Shown here: piece after piece, positions 35,941 to 44,666 of the stretch
Numbering within the stretch: position 1 is the first letter of the stretch
Layout of the letters: each line of letters begins with the position of its first letter
Virus record (IMG/VR): IMGVR_UViG_3300039448_000022
Span: 1 to 54,217 of that record
Strand: one strand, 5' to 3'
Length of the DNA stretch: 54,217 nt
Origin: a virus
Lineage: Duplodnaviria; Caudoviricetes
Made by a program: the position numbers and the translations under genes
The notes under the pieces: model-generated
What the model was told of the DNA's origin: nothing
What the model saw: only the letters and a program-made list of their open reading frames with translations
Database searches by the model: none

Positions 35941-36210
35941 ATGACGGATAGAATCGCCATTAATGGTCAAGGTGACTTTCTGAATCTTCTTAATAGTGAT
36001 TTAGATAAGCTCGACATGGAGCAAGATGAAATGTTGACTCATATAATCAAAGCCTATTTTTCAAAATTTAGAGAGCGGAGCACTACAGGCAATGGAAATA
36101 TAGATGTTGCCGATCTTCTTGAGGTTCGCAATTCTTTATTTGCTTCTTTGAATGATATTACAGCTTTGATCAATGAAGATTACGAGCAAAGAGCGAAAAC
36201 CAAATATTAA
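35941..36210 (+). CDS. hypothetical accessory protein
   Basis: MTDRIAING with GGAG RBS. Confidence 0.65.
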   Translation: MTDRIAINGQGDFLNLLNSDLDKLDMEQDEMLTHIIKAYFSKFRERSTTGNGNIDVADLLEVRNSLFASLNDITALINEDYEQRAKTKY

Positions 36211-36223
36211 AAAGGATGTTGAA

Positions 36224-36733
36224 ATGCAGATTGCAACGATACACACAGACGATCATAAGGCGGTTGAGTTTTATAAATCTGCCCTGATTCACAATTGTGC
36301 TGAAAAAATGATATTCCTTATTGAGACAAAGGACATCCCGGAAGACGAAAGCTTTATCTTCTCTGATGGTGCCAAGCTGCAAGTTATCTATGGAGGCGGT
36401 GAGGATGTGCGCGGTGAAGAGATTGAATCATTCTTCTTCACCCATGAGTTGGCCGGTGCCTCAACGCTTGAGATTTATAAGAAAACAGAAGGTAAGTCGC
36501 AAATTGCAAGTTTTCTTAGAGATCTTGCCGAAAGGATTGAGTTTGGTGTGGTTGTAAGCGGAAATATTGATCAATATTTTGAGCTTGAAGATAAATGCGT
36601 TTCTATGGGAGAAGCAATACAAGAATACAGCGGCAAAAGAACGGTAAAGATAGATTTAACGTATCGAACACCGCTAGATGATATGCCTTTAATTTTACCA
36701 AAGACAAATGAAATAGGATGGACCCTAACATGA
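36224..36733 (+). CDS. hypothetical accessory protein
   Basis: MQIATIH with AAGGA RBS. Confidence 0.65.
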   Translation: MQIATIHTDDHKAVEFYKSALIHNCAEKMIFLIETKDIPEDESFIFSDGAKLQVIYGGGEDVRGEEIESFFFTHELAGASTLEIYKKTEGKSQIASFLRDLAERIEFGVVVSGNIDQYFELEDKCVSMGEAIQEYSGKRTVKIDLTYRTPLDDMPLILPKTNEIGWTLT

Positions 36734-37047
36734 AAACTAATTCAATTGCTTGCGCCTCTGACGTGCTCAATCTGAATGATAAAATCGCCAACCGTGCTGC
36801 TGCTGACGCATGGCTAAATAGCCTAGTTGATAGCGGTTTATATTTTCACTTGGAAAGTGAACCAAGTGAAATCGTTAATGATTCATGTGAGCGATTTTTC
36901 ACCGATGAAGAAGCTGAGCTGATATCGCAACGAGTAGATGAGCTATATGAACTGGACTGGTCTGATAGCGATGGTTGTCCTATTGGTTACATGCTTGATC
37001 GCATTCAGACTGTGATAACAACAGAGCAGAGAAATTTAAATACTTAA
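36730..37047 (+). CDS. hypothetical acidic protein
   Basis: ATGA-coupled ORF. Confidence 0.65.
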   Translation: MKTNSIACASDVLNLNDKIANRAAADAWLNSLVDSGLYFHLESEPSEIVNDSCERFFTDEEAELISQRVDELYELDWSDSDGCPIGYMLDRIQTVITTEQRNLNT

Positions 37048-37059
37048 AACGGGTGAGTA

Positions 37060-37257
37060 ATGACGGCAAGCGAGCAGTGTAAAGAGGCGGGTTTAAAAAG
37101 TCTCACCGAGTTATCTACAATCACAGGGAAGTCGGTTAGGACGCTACAGAATTGGCATAGGGATGATTCTAACTTTTTCAGCATAGTACTGTGTGGTGCC
37201 GTCATGATTAAAAAGGGTTTACTGGTGCCCCCTGCGGGCTTGGGTGGCAATCAATGA
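37060..37257 (+). CDS. small HTH DNA-binding protein
   Basis: GLKSLTELSTITGKSVRTLQNWH. Confidence 0.75.
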   Translation: MTASEQCKEAGLKSLTELSTITGKSVRTLQNWHRDDSNFFSIVLCGAVMIKKGLLVPPAGLGGNQ

Positions 37258-37302
37258 AAGTCTGCCTAGTTGTTGAAGCGTTGTAATTGATTGGAGTTAA
37301 GT

Positions 37303-37470
37303 ATGGAAGAAGAATGGGGCGAAGAAGGAACGTGTGATATTTGCGGAGAAGAAGATGTTCAAGTGTGCTTGACAAATAACCCGTTTCTTCGCGATGTATA
37401 TCCAGATAGTGATAATCCTGATGAATATTGGTGTCGCGAATGTTACGACGTAAGAGCAGGTGATATATGA
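37303..37470 (+). CDS. small zinc-finger protein (55 aa, not in ORF track)
   Basis: GGAG RBS; MEEEWGEEGTCDICG...WCRECY; ATGA overlap with the next gene. Confidence 0.7.
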   Translation: MEEEWGEEGTCDICGEEDVQVCLTNNPFLRDVYPDSDNPDEYWCRECYDVRAGDI

Positions 37471-37778
37471 AAGGCTTTGATTGTGACATGCCCAGTATTT
37501 TAAACGTCCCAACGTATGCAACCTTACTTGATTGTATTGGTGATGCTTTTGAAATGGATGCTGATATAGCAAAAATTGCGGTTGTTAAAATTAATGCTTT
37601 AGGCCCATTTGAACGTGGTGACTTTGAGGTTTGTGATGTGATCGCGATGATTGGCCATCTTTTTATTCATGACCTTATCCAGCGAGACCTTAAGGAAAGG
37701 GTTGCTGCCTATGGTGGCTCTGTATTTTATGACCACTACTTTTCTCGAAAAACTGAAGTGCAGCCAGAGCTATTTTAG
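37467..37778 (+). CDS. hypothetical protein
   Basis: Coupled 103 aa ORF. Confidence 0.6.
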   Translation: MKGFDCDMPSILNVPTYATLLDCIGDAFEMDADIAKIAVVKINALGPFERGDFEVCDVIAMIGHLFIHDLIQRDLKERVAAYGGSVFYDHYFSRKTEVQPELF

Positions 37779-37815
37779 TTGGTGTCGTAGGAAAGGCTTT
37801 AAAAGCTCAAAGAGA

Positions 37816-37908
37816 TTATTCGCATGGTGATTGCTCCGGACAGGGCCAGCAGAAATGCACAACCCACGGTGGTACCCCGTGGCCGATGAGTAGTCGCCAG
37901 CCGAATGA
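37816..37908 (+). ncRNA. candidate structured RNA with possible pseudoknot
   Basis: Long closing stem, GAAA-tetraloop hairpin, CCACGG/CCGTGG hairpin. Confidence 0.4.
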
Positions 37909-37920
37909 TTTAGCGAAGGA

Positions 37921-38106
37921 GTGAACAGCGTGGAAGATGAAAAAATCATTGCTCTTCTCGATACCAAAATAGGGGAGGAGCCGGACTTTGTAACGCCTAT
38001 TCCTATTAGTGTTTTCAATAATGCAGCGAGTATTGAACAGCGAGTGAATAGAGCGCGCGACCGAGTTGACCAGCAACGATCAATAGCGAGAAAGTCTGAT
38101 GAGTGA
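37921..38106 (+). CDS. hypothetical protein
   Basis: 61 aa ORF with AAGGAG nearby; start uncertain. Confidence 0.5.
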   Translation: MNSVEDEKIIALLDTKIGEEPDFVTPIPISVFNNAASIEQRVNRARDRVDQQRSIARKSDE

Positions 38107-38293
38107 AGTGAATGAAGTTGAACGTATTGTTATGCATGAATGTTTAGAGGCTGTAGCAAGCGAGTGTGAGACAGAGACAGAGTATGACGGCCAAATGCTA
38201 ACGCACTGTTTCTATTGTGGATCATGGCTCGATGAAAATGATCATGAAGACGATTGTTTGCATATTAAAGCTAAGAAAATATTAAACGCATAA
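38099..38293 (+). CDS. small Cys/His protein, cassette 1 (alternative start 38132 inside GTTATGC)
   Basis: CFYCG...HEDDC; stop TAA lies inside GCATAAC. Confidence 0.7.
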   Translation: MSEVNEVERIVMHECLEAVASECETETEYDGQMLTHCFYCGSWLDENDHEDDCLHIKAKKILNA

Positions 38294-38318
38294 CCCACGG
38301 CTTAGCCGTTTGTTATAC
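38288..38318. repeat. mini attC-like site B
   Basis: GCATAAC-cc-ACGGC-tta-GCCGT-tt-GTTATAC. Confidence 0.65.
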
Positions 38319-38342
38319 GGCTGCTGATACGGAGTAAATATA

Positions 38343-38519
38343 GTGACAGAGAAAAGAATTGTAAAAGGTAGCGAGTTGGAGCTTGGAATGACCGTTCAAC
38401 GACTATTGAATGGTTCACCTATTCATCATCCAATGATTATTTTTTCTGACGGCCCATATTACAAAAATCCTCTGTACATAGAGGATGATTTTGAGGTGCT
38501 GATTGATAACGCCGTATAA
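38343..38519 (+). CDS. hypothetical protein, cassette 2 (58 aa, not in ORF track)
   Basis: GGAG RBS, GTG start MTEKRIVKGSELELG..., stop TAA inside GTATAAC. Confidence 0.7.
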   Translation: MTEKRIVKGSELELGMTVQRLLNGSPIHHPMIIFSDGPYYKNPLYIEDDFEVLIDNAV

Positions 38520-38550
38520 CCCTCGATTGTATTCACGAACGGAGATTCAC

Positions 38551-38904
38551 ATGGAAAGAACTTATACGGTTTACAAAGGCGAACAGAACGGGAAGCTTGT
38601 TTATATCGGGACTACGATTCAAGAGCCAAGCGCGCGGTTTAGATGGCACAAGGCAAACGGTAAGCCTTTGCAATTTACAGTGCTTTCTCAATTCGACAAT
38701 GCTGATGCTATGCTTGATGAGGAATACCGACTGATTAAACAGCACAGACCAAAGATGAATAAAATAACGCACCGGAAGCAAAACCTAAATGTTGCGCTAA
38801 CGCAAGAAGAACTGGACGCTCGAAAAGGCGACAAGCAGTGGTGTCAATGCTGTCTGAAGCGCAGAGTGAGCAAAGGCTATTCTCTATGTATGCGGTGCGG
38901 ATGA
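38551..38904 (+). CDS. GIY-YIG nuclease with C-terminal zinc finger, cassette 3
   Basis: YTVY...LVYIGTT...RFRWH...EYRLIK...N; CQCC...CMRC. Confidence 0.75.
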   Translation: MERTYTVYKGEQNGKLVYIGTTIQEPSARFRWHKANGKPLQFTVLSQFDNADAMLDEEYRLIKQHRPKMNKITHRKQNLNVALTQEELDARKGDKQWCQCCLKRRVSKGYSLCMRCG

Positions 38905-38908
38905 GCGA

Positions 38909-38959
38909 ATATAACCCGGCGCTTACGTGCCGAAGGTCAATTACAGCGTCTTGTTATTT
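38909..38959. repeat. attC-like site C
   Basis: ATATAAC-37 nt imperfect palindrome containing GTGCCGAAGGTCA-GTTATTT. Confidence 0.65.
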
Positions 38960-38973
38960 ACCATAGGTGATTT

Positions 38974-39201
38974 ATGACAACTGTTCTGGTTACTGATGGA
39001 CGCAGCATAGATGATATTTCAGAGCTGCTTTCAGAATTAGACGATATAGAGGTTCGAGAGGCGAGCCGACACGACTTGAAGTTGATTTGCCGCGAGTTCG
39101 GACATGAGTACTTCAGGGTTCCAACTCTTCGTATAGAACCTTTGAAAAATAACGAAACATGGCGCGGCAGTGGAAAGCGCCGAAAGCCTATGTGTAAATA
39201 A
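38974..39201 (+). CDS. hypothetical protein, cassette 4
   Basis: AGGTGA RBS; stop TAA inside AAATAAC. Confidence 0.7.
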   Translation: MTTVLVTDGRSIDDISELLSELDDIEVREASRHDLKLICREFGHEYFRVPTLRIEPLKNNETWRGSGKRRKPMCK

Positions 39202-39247
39202 CATGCCTGAACGTGTGCCGAAGGTCACACGATTTGGGGTGTTATAA
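39196..39247. repeat. attC-like site D
   Basis: AAATAAC-38 nt palindrome (CGTGTG-CC-gaa-GG-t-CACACG)-GTTATAA. Confidence 0.7.
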
Positions 39248-39298
39248 TCAGCCCCGATAGCTACCTTCCTATCCCTGCCTCCATAAGTCCGCCATACC

Positions 39299-39338
39299 GG
39301 AAAAACCCCGCTAATCAATGCCGCCGCACCTCTACTAT
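39299..39338 (+). promoter_or_regulatory. putative late promoter 4
   Basis: GGAAA-N29-TACTAT. Confidence 0.7.
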
Positions 39339-39367
39339 GGTGTCTAAATACTGCGGCATGTTTTGAC

Positions 39368-40912
39368 ATGAAGAAACAGAGAAGCAGCTTTTGGGGTTTT
39401 GGAAAGCCATCCCAAAAAGCTACAGAAACATTCAAGGCTGCCGAAAGTGGCGGCATGAAGGATATGAATCAGAGTCAAGCTATGACTCTGGGCGCTATGC
39501 CTTCGTCTATAACCTCACTTCTTAGATCAGGTCGTCGCGAGGCGCGAGACCGTATTACGATCTATGACAAGTGGTCAGAAATGGAGAGCAACCCATTTGT
39601 GAGCACGGCACTTTGGCTGCAAACTACAGCAGCCCTTGGTGGTCATGAGAGCACAGGCCAGCTTGTTTTTATTGAGCAGAATGGTACTGAACAAGATAAG
39701 CAAAAGCTGAAAATAGTCGATGACATCGTTGATTCACTTTCCGATATGCTTAACTCCGTAGCGTTCCCTATGTGCTACAACGGCGCAGCCTTCGGTGATG
39801 CGTTTGCTCGTATCTACTCTGAAGACAAAGTAGGTGTAACGGACATCTACACGGAAGAGCTTGTGCGTGCCAGCCTGGTTCAACCCTTCGAGCAAGGGTC
39901 TAGGACTGTCGGTTATGCCTTGACGACGGGTAACGATCAATTTGAGCGATTAAACATTGCTCAAATGGCCCGTATGAAGATGCCGCGCGTGACGTGGGTG
40001 CCTCAGATGGGTGTCTTTGAAAAATCCCTTCTCGACAATTTAACGAATGACGATGTGAGCGATCATCAATTAACACCGTCTTCGGTTGGTGGTTCGTTTT
40101 TGTATGCAGCGGAAGAATCTTACGATCACCTAAATTCGTCCATGGCTGGTATTGTTGGTCAGCGTTGGCTTGATAGTATTGATGAGCAGATTATCACTAT
40201 CAATATGTCGGACATGACTGACGATCAACAAAAAAAGTACAGTAAGTCTGCGCTAGCAATGTTTCAGCGTTCGAAGCAGATTGCAGAAGACGCTGTTAAA
40301 AACGGAAGACCATTTCTGGAGCGCATCAAACACATCATCCCTGTCTGGTCGGAAAAGCAAGTCCAGAACGTTTCTGCCATGAACGGCGGTCAATCTGGTC
40401 GTAATGGAACGATAAGTATTGAAGATGTAATGCTTCACGCTAGATCTTTAGCTGGTGCTCTAGGTACCGACTTGTCGATGATTGGTTTTGCCGATCAATT
40501 ATCCGGCGGCCTTGGTGATGGTGGTTTTTTTAGAATTAGCACTCAAAGTGCTGAACGTTCACGTATCGCACGAATTGCGCTTACTAATTGTTTTAATCAA
40601 ATCATTGATATTCACACCATGAAAAAGTTCGGAGTGGTGTTTTCACCTTCTGAACGCCCTTGGAAAATTACTTTTTATAGCACTATTTCTGCTTTGGCTG
40701 CTGAGCAAGCCCGCACCCAATTGGATTCAGCCAACGGTAGCTTAGTAATTCTACAGGCAATCCAGCAATTAAAAGACAACGGCGCAGATGAAAATACCGC
40801 CGTTGCATTTATGCGTGATGAACTGCAAATAGATGAAGACAAAGCTAAAATCTACGCTGCGATGGTTAAAAAGCCAGAGGGTGAGGGTAACGAAGTAGGA
40901 GGCGGCTTTTAA
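39368..40912 (+). CDS. portal protein (P1 Prt-like)
   Basis: 514 aa; FGDAFARIY, IEDVMLHARSLAGALGTDLSMIGFADQLSGGLGDGGFFR motifs. Confidence 0.85.
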   Translation: MKKQRSSFWGFGKPSQKATETFKAAESGGMKDMNQSQAMTLGAMPSSITSLLRSGRREARDRITIYDKWSEMESNPFVSTALWLQTTAALGGHESTGQLVFIEQNGTEQDKQKLKIVDDIVDSLSDMLNSVAFPMCYNGAAFGDAFARIYSEDKVGVTDIYTEELVRASLVQPFEQGSRTVGYALTTGNDQFERLNIAQMARMKMPRVTWVPQMGVFEKSLLDNLTNDDVSDHQLTPSSVGGSFLYAAEESYDHLNSSMAGIVGQRWLDSIDEQIITINMSDMTDDQQKKYSKSALAMFQRSKQIAEDAVKNGRPFLERIKHIIPVWSEKQVQNVSAMNGGQSGRNGTISIEDVMLHARSLAGALGTDLSMIGFADQLSGGLGDGGFFRISTQSAERSRIARIALTNCFNQIIDIHTMKKFGVVFSPSERPWKITFYSTISALAAEQARTQLDSANGSLVILQAIQQLKDNGADENTAVAFMRDELQIDEDKAKIYAAMVKKPEGEGNEVGGGF

Positions 40913-41682
40913 TGTCTCTCTTCAATAACGTTTCAGCGGCGACAATGCAGGCTATTAAAGAGCAGGCACCCAGATTACTGTCTGATGCTGGCGAACGTTA
41001 CCTCCCACCTCACCTAAGAGCGCCACTTGAAGAAATTGTGTCACTGTATGAGAGCGGCTTTGCACTTGATGAGGTGAAGCAAGCCGGTGTGAGAGCGTTA
41101 GTGAATAATGGGCAGTCTCGTGCCGTTAGAGAAATCTACCTAAATTCTAAAAACCCATTGCTGGGTGGTGTCACTCCATTGGCCGCCATCGATTATATGT
41201 CCTCATCGCCACGCCGCGCTCAGGCGAATTTATTTTTAGTGGCCGTGTCGCCAATTGATTCTAAAGCCGCGAACCAATCCGAAGCATTCAATATGATGGT
41301 GCGATCCTTGGATTACTCACCGTTTACCATAAGTGGTGATTACCATCGCGTAGGTGGTGCTCTGGTTGACGGTATTACGGGCAACGAAGCGGTTGAATTA
41401 AACATGACCACCATGGATGACGAATCGGGCACATTAAAGCGCTGGTTTGCACAAATGCTAGCACGAGTGTCAGCGTCTGATGGCACAGTTGGGGTGCCTG
41501 CGAGTTATGGAATAAAGATTGAAGTAACTCATGCTTTTGGCGGTGGGGATATTCCTGAGGCCGCGTATAAAGATAAAGGGCTATTTCGAGCTGGCAACCT
41601 GTCTATGTCGCTATCTCGTGGGGAAAATGCGCTTGAAGATCTTCAGATGACGTTCAACCAACTTGATACATTCTGGGGCTGA
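40912..41682 (+). CDS. P1 Tub-like tail tube / baseplate protein
   Basis: DY..FTI....VGG...DDESGTLKRWF....DGTVGVPASY. Confidence 0.7.
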   Translation: MSLFNNVSAATMQAIKEQAPRLLSDAGERYLPPHLRAPLEEIVSLYESGFALDEVKQAGVRALVNNGQSRAVREIYLNSKNPLLGGVTPLAAIDYMSSSPRRAQANLFLVAVSPIDSKAANQSEAFNMMVRSLDYSPFTISGDYHRVGGALVDGITGNEAVELNMTTMDDESGTLKRWFAQMLARVSASDGTVGVPASYGIKIEVTHAFGGGDIPEAAYKDKGLFRAGNLSMSLSRGENALEDLQMTFNQLDTFWG

Positions 41683-43310
41683 TGATGTTAAAGCATGATG
41701 AAAGTGGCTTTTTAGTCGGCCAGTCAATGGATCTTGGTGGCGAGGCTAATTTACTGCAGGCAATTCACGGTGATGTGCGAGCTATTCGAAACGCCCTAAC
41801 AGGTAATGCGACCAGGGAAAGACGAACTCGAAAAATATCGACAGCGTCGTCAATAAATTCTGATTTAGAGCGCTCACCGTCGACCACTACTAGAAATAGT
41901 GTCGTTAGCTTACCAAAGTCGAAGATTTCTGCCGTCTCGGTACCTTCTATTGTTTCTGAACCGGGAGAAGCTAAAGCGCCGTTGAACTCAATGGTAACTC
42001 CGACAGCTTCGCCTGTTGCTATACCAAAACAGATAGCCCCGCCCGTAGGCAACACCGGTAAACGAGATGCAAATGGACGATTTGTTTCACGCGGGAGTAA
42101 TGGAGCCTCTAGTGACGAAAATGAAGATGGAAGCGAGAACACTAGAATATCGGGAGCGCTTCGATTCCTTGGTGAGAACATTGAGTCCATATCAAATATA
42201 AACGCTGAAGGCGCTGACCCGATGGTCAAAGCGTACAACGAAATAGCTCAGCCGGTATCTGGTTTGGTGGGTGGCCTTAACTCTCTGTCTGGAATGGCTG
42301 ATGGCGAAGGACGTTTTTATACGCGCTGGTTTCGTAAAATCACCGGATTGATGATTCGTTCAAAGAAAGCGGATGAAGAGTCATCAAAAATCACAAACGA
42401 CTTGCTTGAAGACATCAAAGATAAATCAACAGCGTCAGGTGCGAGCGACTCTAAGACATCCAATTTACCAAATATTATACCGTCAGTACTTTTACCTTTG
42501 ATGAAAAAAGGGTCAGGGCTTTTCAAGCTATTAAAAAAGATCCCTGTATTGGGCGCGCTTCTTGGTTCGGGCGCGGCTCTAATGAGTATATTTGACTCTG
42601 AAAATAATCATGATCTGAGTCGTCGCGAAAAAGATGCTAGTGCTGGTAAGGCTGTTGGTGGAATCGGAGGAATGTTTACAGGTATGGCGACGGGCGCGCT
42701 GCTAGGGACAGTGATAGGGCCAATAGGTACAGTCATTGGCGGTATATTAGGTGCTTTCTTAGGTGACTCCGCTGGTCAAATCATTGGCGAAAAAGTGGGG
42801 CTGTGGGTTAATGACTTGCGCGCCTACGACATCCCCGGCAAGGTTGTTGCTGTCTGGAAAAAAGTGACCGATCCAATAATGTCCGTCGCGTCGGGTATCG
42901 CCTCATGGTGGGGTGAGAACGTTCCTTCTTTGGCTGTCATGAAAGACGGCGTCGGTGGGTTTTTATCTGATAAATTAGGAATCAATCTGCCCTCGGTTTC
43001 TGAGCTTCAAAATACTGCGGCGTCTGCAATTAGTGATACGGTTGTTGGTAAAGCCGCATACAACCTGTTTGGCTTAGGCTCTCCGACTGTTAGCAATCAG
43101 CAAAACGGAGTTGTTAACGTCGTTAAAAACATTCCTTCGTTGCCGGCAATGGCTCCAGTTAAGCCTCCATCGCCAGCCCCTGACACCTCAAGCCCGAAAC
43201 AAGTAAATACAGCGAAGGCTACCATCAAAGCCGTTGTGGCTCCGTCAGATGCGGGGCAGGATGTGCGTGATCGTCAAATCTCACACATTGCAACTGGCGG
43301 AATGAATTGA
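41682..43310 (+). CDS. tape-measure-like protein (P1 Sit-like, short)
   Basis: RDANGRF motif; Gly-rich hydrophobic GALLGTVIGPIGTVIGGILGAFLG segment. Confidence 0.7.
   Translation: MMLKHDESGFLVGQSMDLGGEANLLQAIHGDVRAIRNALTGNATRERRTRKISTASSINSDLERSPSTTTRNSVVSLPKSKISAVSVPSIVSEPGEAKAPLNSMVTPTASPVAIPKQIAPPVGNTGKRDANGRFVSRGSNGASSDENEDGSENTRISGALRFLGENIESISNINAEGADPMVKAYNEIAQPVSGLVGGLNSLSGMADGEGRFYTRWFRKITGLMIRSKKADEESSKITNDLLEDIKDKSTASGASDSKTSNLPNIIPSVLLPLMKKGSGLFKLLKKIPVLGALLGSGAALMSIFDSENNHDLSRREKDASAGKAVGGIGGMFTGMATGALLGTVIGPIGTVIGGILGAFLGDSAGQIIGEKVGLWVNDLRAYDIPGKVVAVWKKVTDPIMSVASGIASWWGENVPSLAVMKDGVGGFLSDKLGINLPSVSELQNTAASAISDTVVGKAAYNLFGLGSPTVSNQQNGVVNVVKNIPSLPAMAPVKPPSPAPDTSSPKQVNTAKATIKAVVAPSDAGQDVRDRQISHIATGGMN
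43285..43310 (+). repeat. direct repeat copy 1 (3' end of sit-like gene)
   Basis: ACATTGCAACTGGCGGAATGAATTGA, 23/26 identical to 46028-46053. Confidence 0.85.
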
Positions 43311-43516
43311 TTTAAAGTCGTCTTAATATCCGAACGTAAAACCCCGGCACAAAGCGAACTCTTCTGCAGCTCGACTTAAAACGCTTTTACCTGTTACCCT
43401 CACGACGCTTACAGCGTTAGACAGGGATGATTGGACGAATAGCCGGAAAATTTCGCTCTAAATTTTGTTCTCATTGCTGATATATTAAAGGAATCGGTTC
43501 TATCAAGGAGAACTCT

Positions 43517-44350
43517 GTGAAGTTATTTATCTCGGCCATGTTGGCCTCTTTTTTGTGCGCTTGCACCGTCATGGATAATGCCGTTACCCATATGGGGTAT
43601 GGCCCTCAGTCTGATATACAGAATGATTGCAAGTTGGCAGCTTTAGAAGATAACTGCATGAGGGAGAAGCTAAGGTTGTTCGCGCGCAAAGGGGTTGTTG
43701 GGGCGTATGAATCGGAAGGCGAAGATGCGGCAGGAGACTACTGCAGCACGAAATATCAATCGGAATATGGTGGTTACGGACGATCTCGCGGACGAAAACT
43801 GATAGACCTTTACCCAGTTTCTGCATGTGAAGCAATAGCAACGCAGATTATTAGCGAGCAGAATGAAAAACGTGATCAAGCAGAAGCTCAAAGAAAAAAA
43901 GAGGAAGAGCGGCTAGCAAGAATTGCCAAGCAGGAAGAGCAAGAGAGCCTTGCGCAAGAGCAAGACAATGCGAGAATGGCGGCAATTGTCGATAAGGCCC
44001 GATCTTTAGTGTCAGCGGCGGATGCGCAAGAGATTGCGATACATGTTGAAGCCTATTATAAATACCGATGGTATTCACGGCTTTACGATGAAGAAGTGAC
44101 TTGCTGGAATAGAGCAAAAACAAAACAAGCGGTGGCAAAGTGCGGAATTTTTGCTTATTCAGGAGCGCTGGCTGCCGGTATGCTCAGTAACGGTGAGTTG
44201 CCGGCCATACACTATATGCCGAACAGTTCTGGCCCGAGAATACTAGAAAAAACAAGTGCCAGACTATCAATAACGGAGGAGCAAGCGCGGGTCTTTATCC
44301 GTGATTACGTGATCCCTCATCAAGATTTAATCATTGCTAGCATGATTTAA
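43517..44350 (+). CDS. putative lipoprotein moron
   Basis: MKLFISAMLASFLCAC signal peptide and lipobox; AAGGAG RBS. Confidence 0.75.
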   Translation: MKLFISAMLASFLCACTVMDNAVTHMGYGPQSDIQNDCKLAALEDNCMREKLRLFARKGVVGAYESEGEDAAGDYCSTKYQSEYGGYGRSRGRKLIDLYPVSACEAIATQIISEQNEKRDQAEAQRKKEEERLARIAKQEEQESLAQEQDNARMAAIVDKARSLVSAADAQEIAIHVEAYYKYRWYSRLYDEEVTCWNRAKTKQAVAKCGIFAYSGALAAGMLSNGELPAIHYMPNSSGPRILEKTSARLSITEEQARVFIRDYVIPHQDLIIASMI

Positions 44351-44421
44351 ATGGAAAAAGCCAAAGCTTGGTATGGTCATACCAAGCCACCAATTTTCGA
44401 CAGTCCCTCAATGAAAGCTGA

Positions 44422-44450
44422 TTGACTTTCTCAAAATACACCGATAGAGT
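44422..44450 (+). promoter_or_regulatory. sigma70 promoter of the immI-like operon
   Basis: TTGACT, 17 bp spacer, TAGAGT. Confidence 0.7.
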
Positions 44451-44579
44451 CATTTATACGAGGCGTGAGAACCTTAATATAAGCGGACATCCGCACCCGA
44501 CAGCATTGCGGTTTTTTTGTGCCTAAAAAATGGATGGATTTGAACTCCAGTCATTTAATAAGGTACAGCCCCTGCCAGT

Positions 44580-44666
44580 TTATGGCCGGGAGTCTTGCCG
44601 AATAAAAGACCCGAAAGGGGAATAGGCAGGGCGGTCTCTTATAGCCGTTCTCACCCTCCCGGCCGC
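44580..44666 (+). ncRNA. C4-type antisense RNA (P1 C4 / P4 CI family)
   Basis: TATGGCCGGGAG...GAAA loop...CTTATA(a')-GTTCTCAC(b')-CCTCCCGGCC; complementary targets at 44465-83 and 44685-701. Confidence 0.85.

Larger units (their letters stand above)
38129..39247 (+). mobile_element. array of attC-like gene cassettes (CALIN-like, no integrase in window)
   Basis: Genes flanked by GTTAT.. / ..ATAAC mutually complementary ends; TAAC...GTTA hairpins between genes. Confidence 0.65.

Noticed and set aside
37857-37869. GCACAACCCACGG (12/13 identical to site B) as the missing left half of the first cassette site
   Set aside because: It is 260 bp from GTTATGC with an ORF in between, and is better explained as part of the 37816-37908 RNA fold; unresolved
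43445-43486. Seventh GGAAA late promoter upstream of the lipoprotein
   Set aside because: The best -10 (TATATT) is at offset 36, not 34; left out of the set, though it may be a degenerate copy
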